Positions 37,437 to 49,723 are shown, counted from the first letter of the whole stretch. The stretch is 58,026 nt of DNA, filler included, from Sphacelaria rigidula (GCA_964200075.2; 7 parts of 7 records of this genome joined end to end with filler, not necessarily neighbours in it), one strand, 5' to 3'. Translations and numbers: made by a program. The notes: generated from the sequence alone by a model not told the origin.

Positions 37437-38201
37437 GTCAGTCTCGCATACGTTGCTTCCCGGCGTAGAGGGATTTCTGTCGTATACAGCTCTCCTCACC
37501 TATGTAATGCAGGAGGCCGATGACCCGTGCATCGCTATTTTGGGATGTAGTTATGTGCTATATACCCTACTGTGTACTGAGTTCGTCCTGAAAGGCTGGT
37601 GCATCGATGCTCGCATCTGTATCAATCCTGAGGGCGGGCGTTTTTTTTTTTTTCCCATCTGAGTTGCTTAGCTTGATGTTGGGTGATTGGCTCAGAGATT
37701 CTGATCAAGTTTCAACTTCCCAACAGTATGTAGCAATATGAGCCGGGTTGAGGCATGACAGCGTCCGCCGGTGTGTGGACACCTGTGTCGTATCGATCCT
37801 GTGGGCTCAGCGTTTGTTCTTTCTTCTCACCTGAGTGCTTACCCTAATGTCGGGTTTTTGGTTGAGAAAATCTGACCAAATTTTGACTTCCCCACGGTGG
37901 ATAGTAATATTAGCCACCTTGAGGCAGGCATAGCAGCGCTCGCCGTGAGTACAGGCTGAAAAACTCCAGGTCAAACCCCACAAGTACCCCCCCCCTCCCC
38001 ACCCCTTGAAATCTAATCGTTCTCGGATTCAGCTGATCCTAACTCGCTTAGATCAAGTTGGAAAGGCCTTGTACGCAAACGCGGAGAAGCGTTTGCGCAT
38101 CATTGCGAACACCGCTCTGCACCCCCTCCGGGCCCTCCCTCCACTACTGCCTAGTATTACCAACCGAAGCAGCGATCGCTTTTACACGGCAAACCGAGCA
38201 G

Positions 38202-38381
38202 GTTCTGCTGCGTGCTGACGAGGAAACGGTGACTTTCGGTCGCCCCGACGACGCCAAACGTACGAAAATCCCACGTACCCGCTCTCTCTTAGAGCGGTTG
38301 GCTCCGTTGGCCAAGGTTCTTGGGGAAAGCTACCGACCGGTCAAGCGAGAGACCCCGTTGCACCTTGCACGTGGGAGCCAG
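38202..38381 (+). CDS. DENN-domain protein, exon (VLLRADEETVTFGRPDD...LHLARGSQ)
   Basis: gagcag|GTT ... CAG|gtgagg, 180 nt, phase 0/0. Confidence 0.8.
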
Positions 38382-39114
38382 GTGAGGGAGACACCTCCGG
38401 GAGAGGGATGGAAAGGGTGTAGTGAGAGAGCACCACACACCCCCATTTGTGCACCGCATTGTTGTAGCTGGTCAATATCCGTCCATATGACAGCGCCTTT
38501 GAGTCTGTAAACGTACCAGTATACAGAGCTGCGCCCCGAGGGTTACGTGGTACGACAGGAGCCATTAGGTCGGAAGCAGGTGAGTTCGATTCTCGGCTGA
38601 TGCATGCGGGCTTTTTTTGTGTGATGACTTTCCGTTTTTCCGTCGTTGAAAACGTGAAAGTGAGTATCTATTATAGCGGAAATAGGCCATTATTAGGCGG
38701 GAGTCGCCGTGGTGCGGGAGGGTTGATCATGATCCAGTGCGCGACACTGGAACGTAAAGCGTGTGCCGCAGGAGAGATTGATTCATCCCTTCAGACCACC
38801 ACGGACTCGTCCCGACGAAGGAGATGTTCAACGTGTACCGAAATTGTAGAGCAAGCAACGCAGAAGAAGAAGCAGGATGCCACGATCCAAACGCGGTCTT
38901 AGAGGCTGCTGGTAGAGGTATACGGGCTCCCAACCACGAGGCACGTCGCCACAATTTTGATGCCGAACGTTTATAACCACAATAATCCCCCTCCCCGTAA
39001 TCCCCCCCCCCTCCCCCCCGCCGCCCGTCTCGTCGCCCACTCGCCGCCCCGACACTCCGCTGCTCCGCCGTTCTGTTATCCCCACAAATTATTTTGTCAC
39101 TTGCACTAAACAAG

Positions 39115-39681
39115 GCGGCGGCTGCCGAGGTCGCCCAAGCGACGTTCGCGGCCCACATCTCCAGCATTTGTTCGTCCGCGTTGCAACATCTCGACGAGAT
39201 CGTTTCTCCCGACGACGTCAGCGCTGCCGCACCACTGACTCCAGTGCAGTCCGGCACTGCTACCGCACCCCCCAACCGACAGGGTATACGCTCGTTCAGT
39301 TTGCAGGATGGCCGGAAGAATACGGAAATAGCACCTCCGACGGAGACGGGAACGGAGATGGGGACGGGAACGGCACCGGGAACGGCACCGGGAACACGCG
39401 TAACCGCGACGAGGTCGCCGTCCGTCCGCCTGGAAATGGAAATTGGCAGCCGTCGTGTTTTAGAAGAACAAGAGGACGAGGGAGAAGCGGAGTCATTGCT
39501 GGGTGACTCGAGGACAACAGAAGGCGAAGGCTTCCCGGATAGTGGTGGTGATGGTGATGATGATGGCGATCGAGGGCGGGTGGTGGAGAGGGGTGCTCTG
39601 GCGAGCGGGACTGGGGAGGGAGGGTGGATGAGACGACACGCTCGTGATGCTGAATTCTTGCGATTGTTGGTCCGTAGCCAG
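39115..39681 (+). CDS. DENN-domain protein, dDENN-region exon (AAAAEVAQATFAAHISSIC...DAEFLRLLVRSQ)
   Basis: aaacaag|GCG ... CAG|gtatgt, 567 nt, phase 0/0. It ends in FLxxxxxSQ, like the dDENN FLxxFxxTQMF motif. The downstream exon was not identified. Confidence 0.82.
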
Positions 39682-40980
39682 GTATGTTGCATGCACGTAC
39701 TATGCGGTTCGTTCGTGTTACGGACGTAGGAAGCCTCGGGCGACCGTCCGCAAGACCACTGGCAAGGGATGTTGCCAACTTCGGCACAAGCCAAGTTAGC
39801 GAGTGTGATCTGTTTTAACACACATGATTCGTTGTGAGGGGCGTGCTGTTCGGGCTATTGTAGAGTGATGCTACGGTAGGGCACAAATATTTTATGAGAT
39901 TAGAATGGTTAGGAGCCCTTGATCTCGACCAAAACACGACCTATGAAAATATGTGAAAGTACGCCAGGACTACTTCTTCATTATGCTGGGGATATCCCGA
40001 ATGAATTTTCAAACGGGGATGCCCTGACGTAAATTCTTGTGCATCTAGAATCGTTAGGAGCCGCTGTATTAGACAAGATTTCGCGAAAAAAGTGCACCCC
40101 TATCGTACTATTGCTCTGTATCGCAGCCGAGCTCTGGTTTCCTCCATCGACGTTGGTTCAAGCGCGAATTGAGTTATAGCTGCGCGGGGAAAGGCGATGC
40201 TCTATAGCGTGTCGGGAACATGTTCACTATTATAGCTCCGTATTTTGCATTTCATGGCGATGCCATTCACTTGTCCCCTGTTACCCCGGCTTACGGACGT
40301 GCTGCTCACAGGCATTCGAGGTTTACCGTGCTGCCGCTCAAAACGCTGAGGTTGATGGCCCCGGAAATCCGTCGGCAGATCGATAAGACTGCGGTTGGGT
40401 CGAATCACTACATGCCCGTTGTGAGGCATAGGGTAATGCGGAATGAGCGGTGCATTTGAATGTATGCAATCAAATGGGTGGGCGAAGGGGTGTCTGAACA
40501 AACGCTTCAGTTTGAAGCCGTTCACTGGGACCGTGCATTGCGCGTGAGTTGTGTAACAAACTTTTACCGATGATTCCGCGGCCACTTACTCTCCGTAATT
40601 TCTCCGCGTTAGCTGAGAGAAATGAGCACAAAACACGGAGAACATACAAACGATCTATCCTTGAGAGTTTCCACGTAGTTGCGAAATTCACGCTGCTGTT
40701 CTACGCGAAAGTATACAACGCCGTCCCTGCTAAACGGACCTCAAATCCTGCCGACGAGTTCCTGTCGGCGAGGGCAAGAGAAGGGTCTAAATATTGCTCG
40801 GTGGAGGTGGGTTTACACGAGCTGATCAATAGATTCCATGATTAAACCTGCTTTGTTCTTGTCTAACCCTGAGGCTAGCCCAAAGTCCAACCTCAACACA
40901 ACGCACACCCGGAATCCTCGGGCAAGGGGGATGGATGTACATGGTGGCCAAGGCAAATTGGGGGGAGGGAGGAGGGGGGC

Positions 40981-41420
40981 GTACTCATTCGTTGCTTACG
41001 TTAGTCGCTTGACCATTGACCACGTATCGCTTTCGAGACGGAGCACCGCTCCTATTCCTCATGGGGACGCCCCCAAAATTTAGGCAAATTGGAGGGGGGG
41101 GGTGCGATTTGCGCAGAAACGAGTCCTGCTCACGGTAGCGAGCACCTAGGATTGTCAGTCCCCCAAACGATTCGAATGTAATACCCTACGATGAAAATAA
41201 GTGTTCGCTCAACCAAACAATTCGGCAAACCAACTAGCGCAAAACCTTCCCCAACTCGATGTAAGCAATAAACAAGACAAAACATGGCGTATGAGCCATG
41301 CTACGATAGCGGGGGAGGGGGGGGGACAGGGGGGTGTACTCATGATCATGAATGCCATAGTCATAAGACCATTGAGGGGGGGGGGCGGGAGTACTCATTT
41401 GTTGCTTGCCTTAGTTGTTT
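40981..41420 (-). mobile_element. Three short retroposon tails (family 1 at 40981-41065 and 41391-41420; family 2 at 41336-41373)
   Basis: Each starts gtactcat directly after a G-run. Confidence 0.75.
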
Positions 41421-41520
41421 NNNNNNNNNNNNNNNNNNNNNNNNNNNNNNNNNNNNNNNNNNNNTTAATTAATTAANNNNNNNNNNNNNNNNNNNNNNNN
41501 NNNNNNNNNNNNNNNNNNNN
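41421..41520. other. Artificial linker
   Basis: Identical to 8205-8304. Confidence 0.98.
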
Positions 41521-41593
41521 GTTGCTTTATTTTCTGGTATCGCCACTTTCAGAGACAGCCACAGCTAATACACTGCCTCGTGGGTGTCTCACC
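41521..41593 (-). mobile_element. 5' part of a family-2 retroposon (cut by the slice edge)
   Basis: Reverse complement of 43655-43727. Confidence 0.8.
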
Positions 41594-42199
41594 ACAGGGC
41601 AAGGGGCAGATTTGACACACATTATGGCCAGTAATGTTTCGAGGCTGCCAGAAAACAAAGGCATAGTGCTGAACTTCCTCTTCACCAAAACGTTGAGAGC
41701 AGGCTCCAAGCACTTATGCCATGTAGCGCCAAACAGGGATATGCCGGACAGGTGCGTGGTAGCACGGTTAGAGCAGCACAGGCAAGCTATGGCGCCCTAT
41801 GGTTGGAAGGGGAGACAAGGATTTCTTTTGCCGGAAATGAAGGCTACAGGAAATATCAAACACGCAAGGGGCGAACGCGCCATGGCGCCTAGGGCGATGA
41901 CATCTAGGCTGCAAAAATATGCACAGCTAGCAGGGCTTGGGGACATCAAGTGTACAATGCACTCTTTGCGAGTAGGCGCAGCGGTAGCGCAAGCGATTGC
42001 AGGTCAGGATGTAGCGATGATCATGGCAAGTATCGGGTGTACATCTAAAACAATTGCGCACCGCTACATATGAGGTGCCGTGTCGCAGGAGGAGCGCAAG
42101 GCACGAGCGTTGGAAGATGCTGAGGAGGCATACGTAGATACTAATGTGCTCGCGGCAACACTTGGTCCCGCGGAGTTTGATTTCCTTCGTGATTCATGA
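41594..42199 (+). pseudogene. Decayed tyrosine recombinase of a DIRS/Ngaro-like retrotransposon (or Crypton)
   Basis: Motifs FLFTKT, C(V/P)VxxL, MHSLRVGAA and I(G)xxSxxxAxRY. The first catalytic Arg is missing (GQ-GADL), GW reads GC, and an in-frame TGA at 42071 is followed by open frame to 42199. Confidence 0.85.
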
Positions 42200-42429
42200 A
42201 TACCGTTGGCAGTTGCACTTTAATAACAATATCGCACTCATCATTCAGCTCGCGATGACTAATCAACCGCGGAGGGCTGCAGCCAACACTGCAAGTTTGG
42301 GTAAGTGAACAAACTCCAGAAGGAGCGGAAGTTTGGGTGAGGGCAACAGCGGTGGCTGGAGACCTCATTCCGTCCCAATGTTAACAAGACGAAGCAAGCA
42401 AAAGAGGATATACTGCAGTACTCTATAAT

Positions 42430-43045
42430 GTCCTGACACCGGGTATTAAGGGTTTTCGATACTGAAAGGCGGTGTGAGGAGAGGGGAAAGAACTCAAAAA
42501 AACGTTATAAGAGTAACAGCCAGTCCCCGCATAGCCCCTCATGATCAATCTAAAATGAACATTAACAACGCAAGCACTGATGGGCTGGGAAATTTTGGCC
42601 ATCCCACCCGCCCGGCAAGCAGCAAGCAGGTTCACGGTTGGGTCTGGGCTCGCGAAGCAGGGCAGACCGTCCTCTTCGTGGCCACAGGGGGTCAGTCCCC
42701 TCAACCGGTGAGGGCATCAGTCGTTGTGACTGGAGACCCCGTTCCATCCCAATATAACCATAAACAACGCAAGCACTTGAGGGAACAAGCTGGGAGATTT
42801 GGGGGTTGTGAACGATGCTTTCATCAAGACAGTAGCAAAAACAGTAAAGTAAAAGCATGTCCAGCGCAGGCGGCAACAGCAGCGGGCAGGGAGCTACCCT
42901 GGGACTCCGGCTAGATGACGCTCACCTAGCGCAGGCGATGCCGGCGCCACACGGAAGTAGCCACGCTGCCGTGTATGGTGGCCGGGCTGGTGGGGAGCCC
43001 AAAAGCAGTCAACATGGGCCAAGTTTTTCTGCCGCGCGGTATTAG
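42430..43045 (+). repeat. Dispersed repeat, with an inverted homolog at ~47985-48400
   Basis: Shared blocks acagccagtccccgcatag, aacaacgcaagcact, aaagcatgtccagcgcag and ctggtggggagcccaaaag. Confidence 0.8.
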
Positions 43046-43527
43046 CCGACCAGCCGAGGCAGCTCGGCGAGAGGCGGGCGCCGCTCATGATAGACGCGGG
43101 TTGTGACACCCATCATTCCGCGACGAGGCCCACGAGGTGGCAGCAGCGCAGCGCGACGGATCCGCCGCCGACCGGAAGCTCTCGGCTGGCAGGGAGATGG
43201 TACGCGCAGTGTTACCGCGGGGGGTTGAAGCGCTGCGGCTGCACGAACTCGTGACGGCGCGGAATGCGTTATCTTATCAGCCCAGAAAGGGGAAGGCAGG
43301 GTAACGCATTCCGTGCCGTCACGAGTTCGTGGAGCCGCATCGTTTCAACCCGCCGCGGTAGCACTGCGCGTACCATCTTCCTGCAAGCTGAGAGCCTCCC
43401 GTAAGCAGCGGACTCGTCGCGCTGCGCTGCTGCCAACTCGTGGGCCTCGTCGCGGAATGATGGGCGTCACAATCCGCGTCCATCATGAGCAGCGCCAGCC
43501 TCTCGCCGAGCTGCCTTGGCCGGTCGG
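43046..43527. repeat. GC-rich long hairpin (~225-bp arms, 30-nt loop)
   Basis: ccgaccagccgaggcagctcggcgagaggc ... gcggaatgcgtta [loop 43272-43301] taacgcattccg ... gcctctcgccgagctgccttggccggtcgg, flanked by tag on both sides. Confidence 0.88.
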
Positions 43528-43654
43528 TAGAGTTGTGAACTGGTTTGGCTAACTAGATAACTGGTGGCAAAAAATCTCGACAGTTACAGATATCAGTTAA
43601 AACTGGATAATAGATGGCGGAGCCGCGTAAATGCCCCGCCCCGGCTGGTAGGAA

Positions 43655-43963
43655 TGGTGAGACACCCATGAGGCAGTGTATAAGCCATGGCTGTCTCAGG
43701 AAGTGGCGATACCGGAAAATAAAGCAACTCATTGGAGGTTGTCATCCAAATGCAAGATAATCAGTAGGCCTCGGGCCGAACAATCTTAGCAGAATACAGC
43801 TCACCCTTCATGCGACTCGCCGAACACACCACGGCGGTTCGCGCTTGGCGCTTGGCGATTAAGTGCGAGCCTGGTCGGGCGAAAACCCGGCGCGATCCGT
43901 CCCGGCTTTGTAGGGATGCGAGGTCAAAGGTCTCATGACTATGGCATGCATGATCATGAGTAC
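43655..43963 (+). mobile_element. Full-length family-2 retroposon (SINE-like, ~310 bp)
   Basis: tggtgagacacccatgagg ... ggatgcgaggtcaaaggtctcatgactatggcatgcatgatcatgagtac followed by a C-run. Confidence 0.8.
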
Positions 43964-44499
43964 CCCCTCCCCCACCCGGCTGGTGAGGGAGCCTCGCCGG
44001 AGGCAAAAAAATGGCGCCGTTTGGCTTCACATCTCTTCAAAATCACGGTAAATTATAGCCCCCTAGCGCCAGCAATTCGAGCACGTGATCGGTGCAAAAA
44101 ATATGTATGTATGGGGGAAAAGCGAATATTACTCAATTTTGCGACGTTTATTAAAAAAACGAAGCGGTGAGACAGTAGTGCAGCACACATACCGTTCCGC
44201 GTGTAACACTCAAGCACCAGGAACTACTAGTTGAATGATAACTTGGTAAGGTCATCGGGTGTGCCTTCATCAGCCAGGAAAATGTAACACAAATCTCGAC
44301 TCTTTCTTATGCTTCGGTATCACATTGACCAGCCACGACTGAGCGCTGAACGCTTGATGCCGATAGAATAAAGCAAAGCACACACAACGACGCTATGAAA
44401 CGCAGCCTTGCTTCATATTTCAGATCCGCTCAATCAACGAGTGTCCGCGCCCGGAATATAGCAATTACTTAATTTATCTTTTTCGCCTTTGAAGAGCCT

Positions 44500-44925
44500 T
44501 GAATGCAGGTGCACTTTTTTCACTTGGTTTTAGAGTACGGCTGAACGGCTTTCCCACAAGCTCTGGAGGCCAGCATTTGCTCACACTTGATTTTAGAGTA
44601 CGGCGACACGGTGTCATTCGGTCGTTCTCAGAAGCTCAGAGAGGCGAGCATTTGCTCTTACTTGATTTTAGACTACAGCGAACGGGGTCATTTCGTTCTC
44701 TCAAGCTCCGACAAAGCAACATTGCATGATTCCCCTTCAAGAGGTTTCGGGAGCATCGCTCCCACGGCAGTGCTCTGCATGGTGTTTTCCGCCTTCTTTC
44801 CTCGCCATGGCGGTAGAACCTTCGTGCGCCCATGTCACACCGCACACAGGACTGTCAGAATCGTTCCCAGAGGCTCTGAGACAGGTGCACTTCTTCACTT
44901 GCTTTTAGACTACGGTGAAACGGGG
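44500..44925. repeat. Degenerate tandem repeat
   Basis: Four copies of cacttg(g/a/c)ttttaga(g/c)tacggc..aacgg, each associated with agctc(t/a/c)ga(g). Confidence 0.65.
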
Positions 44926-45160
44926 TCTCTTTTTGACCCTTTGACCGTCGGAGATGCCACCTCTTACCGTATACAGGTCACTTGAAAATTGAATCGCGGG
45001 ACGAATCTCCGTCCAACCTCAGCGCACACCGGAAGCATGTTGTGATCTTGCCCGCATGTCGTTCCCTTTTCCTGTCTATGCTGCTGCTTTTGCTCTGCCA
45101 TACATGCGTTTTTTCGTCATGAGGTGCCGGCTTCTATTTTTCATGTTTTAGTCGGTAGAC

Positions 45161-45286
45161 GGTCGCTCTGGTGGCTCAGTTGGTAACCCCCAAACCTTAT
45201 GGCGGTTGGGTCGTCGGTTCGAACCTCAGTGCAGTCACACGATCTGGAATTTTATCTCACACCATGTTCAACAGTGGACGGCGCCT
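45161..45286 (+). mobile_element. tRNA-derived SINE head / tRNA pseudogene
   Basis: Pol III A box tggctcagttgg (45172) and B box ggttcgaacc (45216). No intact cloverleaf. Confidence 0.65.
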
Positions 45287-45593
45287 ACAATGTTCTCGTG
45301 AGATTGAGAGTAGAGCGCTGATTGAGAGTGGCTTTGACTATTCGTTTCAACGAAGCCAGTTTTTCATTCCATGCCTGCTTTTCTTCGCCTCTGGCACTGA
45401 CGTGTGCATACAGCTACACGTCGATATCTTGCTCAGGGGTATCAAGGGTCTCAGTGGCAAGCTCCTACAGTACATACAGAAAGCATCTTGAGCCTCGTGG
45501 AGGGGTATCCCGGAACTGAAACGATTCATTGACGAATTGACCGCTCTCCACTCTCAATCGTATCTTTCATTCTCAATCTCACGAAAACATTGT
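45287..45593. mobile_element. MITE, ACAATGTTTTCGTGAGATTGAGA family
   Basis: acaatgttctcgtgagattgaga pairs with tctcaatctcacgaaaacattgt; inner gattgagagtgg pairs with ccactctcaatc. Confidence 0.78.
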
Positions 45594-46585
45594 TCACAGT
45601 TTGTCGTGAGTAGACATAATTCGGTTTAATGGTCGACGAGCTAAAGGGGCCGCTGAACCCCTCTCGCAATGAAAAAGTAAGGCGACCACCACATAATTTC
45701 CCGTTGACCTCCCTTCTGTGTTACACGTAAGGCACACAACTACTGTATCAGCATGGATATCGCATCATGGTCTCAACTTCACTTCATTTGTACTGTTTGA
45801 ACCCTTTTGGGACCGGAATCCTAGACACATGTGGTTTGCACGCAGGGGCGTTTCCATGAATCGGTAATATTTTTAGTTGGAAACGATTAAAAATTATGTC
45901 GATTCATACACAAAGGCCCCTGCGTGCATATCACATGTTTCTGGGGATCCCGTCACAAAAGGGTTAATCCTTTGACCGGTAAGGTAGGTCATCTCGACCA
46001 CGCTGTAGTTTGTGAAGTCCAAGTAACTGATGCCGATTTAACAACAGATGACCCATCATGGCGATCAAATGGTCCAATTCGTTGCCACTATATGGGTTCT
46101 TGGTTTGCGGGGGCGGTCAGTTCCTCAGGTTCACTTTTGATTGTGATGCGTTGTTTTGAGCCTTCGTACATGCTCATCATCCATGTTGCTCTTCGGCCTG
46201 AAAACGAAACAAACAAGAAGGTTTTTTTTTAAATCGAACCGGCATCATGCTCATGAAACCGTCAGAAGACACGACAATTTTTTCCCGCCGCTTTCCATCA
46301 ACCATTTGACGGCGAAAATCAGGCAATCTGTTGAAGTGGCATCAAGTTCACTCAATGAAAGTGTCTACGATCCAGATTTGCTACCGTACCCAGTCCATGA
46401 GCTTACACAACGCACACAGCTATCACCGGTGCTCATGTACCTTGGCTGTCGATCCACTGATCGTGGCGGCGAAGCTGGAGAAACGCCACGTTGCGGTTGT
46501 CGTGTGCTCAACTGTCCTGCTATTTCTGGAGCCTGTTTCGGGGGATATCGGTCGCTTCTGTTGGTCGACTGTTCTTTGCTGTTTA

Positions 46586-47055
46586 GGCCGGATGTTATGG
46601 CAAACAGATTTTTGGGCCACGGATTGTTCACCTTAGGGACATTTGACCCCTAAACAGGGAAAATCGCTAACACACGTCTTGGACAGTTTTCATCACCCCA
46701 CAGAGAGGAGCCTAGCCCATTTTTTAGATTCGCTTGGCTCCGAGGTTTCAAGATTGGCCGCTGAAAAAGCAATCATGTGCGAAAATCCGTACTTGCCGAC
46801 CCCCGCCAGTTTGCCTAATATTCTGTGGAGATCGCCGTAGATTTTGTTGCACACGGATTTTTGTTCAGCGGCCGTTCTCGAAATCTTGGAGCCGAGCGCA
46901 TCTGAAAAGTGGGCTAGGCTTTTCTCTAGGGTGATGCAAAGTGTCCAAGACGTGTGTTGGCGATGTTCCCTGTTTGGGGATAAAAAAAAGTGGCTCAAAC
47001 ACCATAAAAGTGAACAATCCGTTGGCCAAAAGTCTGAGTGCTATAACATGCGGCC
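46586..47055. mobile_element. PIF/Harbinger (Tourist-like) foldback MITE, 470 bp, TTA TSD
   Basis: tta|ggccggatgttat ... ataacatgcggcc|tta. The arms pair for ~200 bp (aacacacgtcttggaca / tgtccaagacgtgtgtt; agcctagccca / tgggctaggct). Confidence 0.88.
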
Positions 47056-48970
47056 TTATGGACGACTTTCGCAGGATGGGATATAGTCTGTCATGTTGGA
47101 TCCGTGGTCGTCGTTTACCGTGTTTTGGGGGATATCGGTCGCTACTGTTGGTCGATCGTTGTCTTACTTCTTCCGTTTCTCTTATATATCCATTATATTG
47201 CGGGTATTGCTGCTTCGCTGTTGCCCACGAAGGAAGGGGAATGAATATTTTATGCCTTTTCAGTTGCTGTTTCTGGACCTCGTTCCGTACGATGGGCGTT
47301 TCTGCGGTGCTATAGTACTGGACTCATGGTTGCGAACAATCGTGTGTGTCCGTCGCAAGTCTTTGTGCCCCCGGGTATCGGATTCCTAGTCGTTGCTGTA
47401 GGTGGAAAACGGAAATGAGTGTCTTCGTATCTGTTCTTCGACGGTGGAGGTAGTCTTTTGCCCGTTCTACCGTATCGGTACAATCGTCAAAAAAACACCA
47501 TTAAGCCTCTTCTTCATACCCTGCCTCCGGGACACGGGTCTCCATAATATGCACACAGCGCAATGTACTGCACTTGAAGCTATGATCTGTTCCGTCACCT
47601 AATGCGAGCAACGATGACCGGTCCTCATGTACCTTGGCTATCGATCTCATTGAGCGTGGCGGCGGAAGCCGCCGAATCCCTTGTATATATATATTAATAT
47701 TAGAATACACTGTCTGCGATATTCGTGTCTACGTCTACGTGTGTGCGCTGTGCGGTTATGTACTCACCTCTGTAACAGCTTCCCCACGGTCATTGTAGTA
47801 CGACAATACTCCAGAAATGTTGATATGAATATGAAACATGTGTACACAGAACGCTTCGGAGTATGACACATATGTCGGGTGAAATAACTTATTCAACTGG
47901 TTACAAAACCGATAAGTCAACCAGTTGTACCAGTTAACTCTAACTGGTCAGTTAAACTGGCAGCCAGAACACAACTCTACTGGTCGGCTAATACCGCGAG
48001 GCTTTGCCCATCCGGCAGGACAACTTGGCCCATTTTGACTACTTTTGGGCTCCCCACCAGCCTGGCCACCATGCACGTAGTTCCACACCGCCTGCGCTAG
48101 CTGAGCGTCATCTAGTCGGAGTCCCACGGTAGTGCCCTGACCGCTGCTGCCTACTGCGCTGGACATGCTTTTACTCTACTGTTATTGATACCGTCTTGAT
48201 TAAAGTGCGGTTCACAACCCCAAAATCTCCCAGCCCGTCGGCGTCTCTCAAGTGCTTGCGTTGTTCATGTTTTTTTTGTACTGATTATGAGGGACTATGC
48301 GGGGACTGGCTGTTGTTCTCGGAACGTTCGTTGAGTTCTTTTTCCTCTCTTGACACCGCCTTGCAGTGCAGGCAATCCCTAATACCCTGTGACAGGACGT
48401 CGGAAAGTACGTGTGGTGGTACCTATATATTATTACCAACTTTTGTATGGAATATGACCGATAAAGACAAGGGACAAATGTTGAAGAGCAAATTATGAAA
48501 AATGAGAATTAAGCTGATCATGATTTTAGAAGAAAATGATGAACGGTGCAGTAGTTTTGTATACTCGAACTGGATTGGACTGTGCGCCAAAGGCATGCAT
48601 GCTTTACATACATTCAACCACCTGTGGATCTGGCGGGACTTTTTCTTGAAAGGGGCTATACAGGCATATACAAGGGAAAGAATTTTCGAAAACAGCACGA
48701 AGCAAACAAGAAACAAAATAAGAAAGACAAGCAGGCACAGGCACGGGGGCATGTATGTCATAATAGAAATACTTCGACGCGAAGATAAAACATTGAAAAA
48801 AGTACCGCACTGTACCGTAGAACATGTTGACGCCTGGCTCGTGAGGTACTTCTGCAATATCACGCGTAATTTCTGAACACGGCCATGCTATCATGCCCAC
48901 CCTAGCCCCCCGCCCCGAGTCTCCTCGTCATCTCCACCCGCGAATCCCCTTGCCCTCCCTATCGTGGCAG

Positions 48971-49204
48971 AACTCCGCACGAACAACAGTACCACACAAA
49001 CCTTTCGGTTTGCCCTCTCGCCTCCGGCGGTCGACGACTTGTACGCGCCGGTCCTCGTCACCCTCCAGCCGAACGGAGTCCACCGCAGGCGTGCGCGGCA
49101 CGAATCCACGACGCTCGACGTGCGCGGCCGGATGCTCTGCCTTCCCTCCGACACTTTCACCAGTCGGGACAAGAACCCCTTCAGCGCACGGCGTACCAAC
49201 TATG
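48971..49204 (+). CDS. Candidate exon of an unidentified gene (ELRTNNSTTQTFRFALSPPAVDDLYAPVLVTLQPNG...NPFSARRTNYG)
   Basis: C/T-rich tract and tggcag| acceptor, with strongly G/C-ending codons. The donor site is unresolved, so the end coordinate is approximate. Confidence 0.4.
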
Positions 49205-49326
49205 GGCAGTTATTATCCAGATGTTGCGGTTTGGAGCGGGGAGGGCGACCGGGGCGGGCGGGGGTAGGTAGGGTTACGCGTTTCGAACATGAAATTTTTA
49301 GTAACAATAATTTTGAGTACATAATC

Positions 49327-49723
49327 CACACCCCGGACAATTCAATATGTTTCCGGTATACACAAGTCGATCATATTGGGACATTGCGATAAATTGCCGG
49401 CGTAATATATATTTGTACCCTTGCACTGCACACGCATTACGCGCCCAAAATAATATATATATATATATATACAAGGTTCCCCTTCGGGAGGTTGGGACGG
49501 GCCTCCCGGGGGTAACGCAAGTCGAAAATATACATTTTGTCAAGCTTTCCACGATCTTGAAAAGGGTTTTGTGGTTCGGGATCGACACCGCGCGGAAAAG
49601 GGCCAGTTTGAGCGACTTTCGGTGGCCAGACCACGCGCCAAAGGTATCAGATGGCGCCCAAACCTGAACGGTAATGTACCGCTGAGCCTTCTCGGAGCGC
49701 TGCAATAGGACGTGTGGGAAAAA
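49327..49723 (+). mobile_element. Left end of a CACAC element with a Tc1-like element inserted at 49472 in its (TA)n tract
   Basis: 49327-49460 aligns with 17392-17525, and 49472 onward aligns with 16725 onward. Confidence 0.75.

Noticed and set aside
38727..39821. 364-aa minus-strand ORF (longest in the track)
   Set aside because: It is the antisense shadow of the GC-rich DENN exon, low in complexity and without a domain.
41521..43727. Inverted repeats flanking the YR as DIRS ITRs
   Set aside because: Both are copies of the dispersed family-2 retroposon found elsewhere. The left one cuts the YR ORF and is itself cut by the slice edge.
45161..45240. Functional tRNA genes here and at 54549-54620
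   Set aside because: A and B boxes are present, but the acceptor and anticodon stems do not pair. Treated as SINE heads or pseudogenes.
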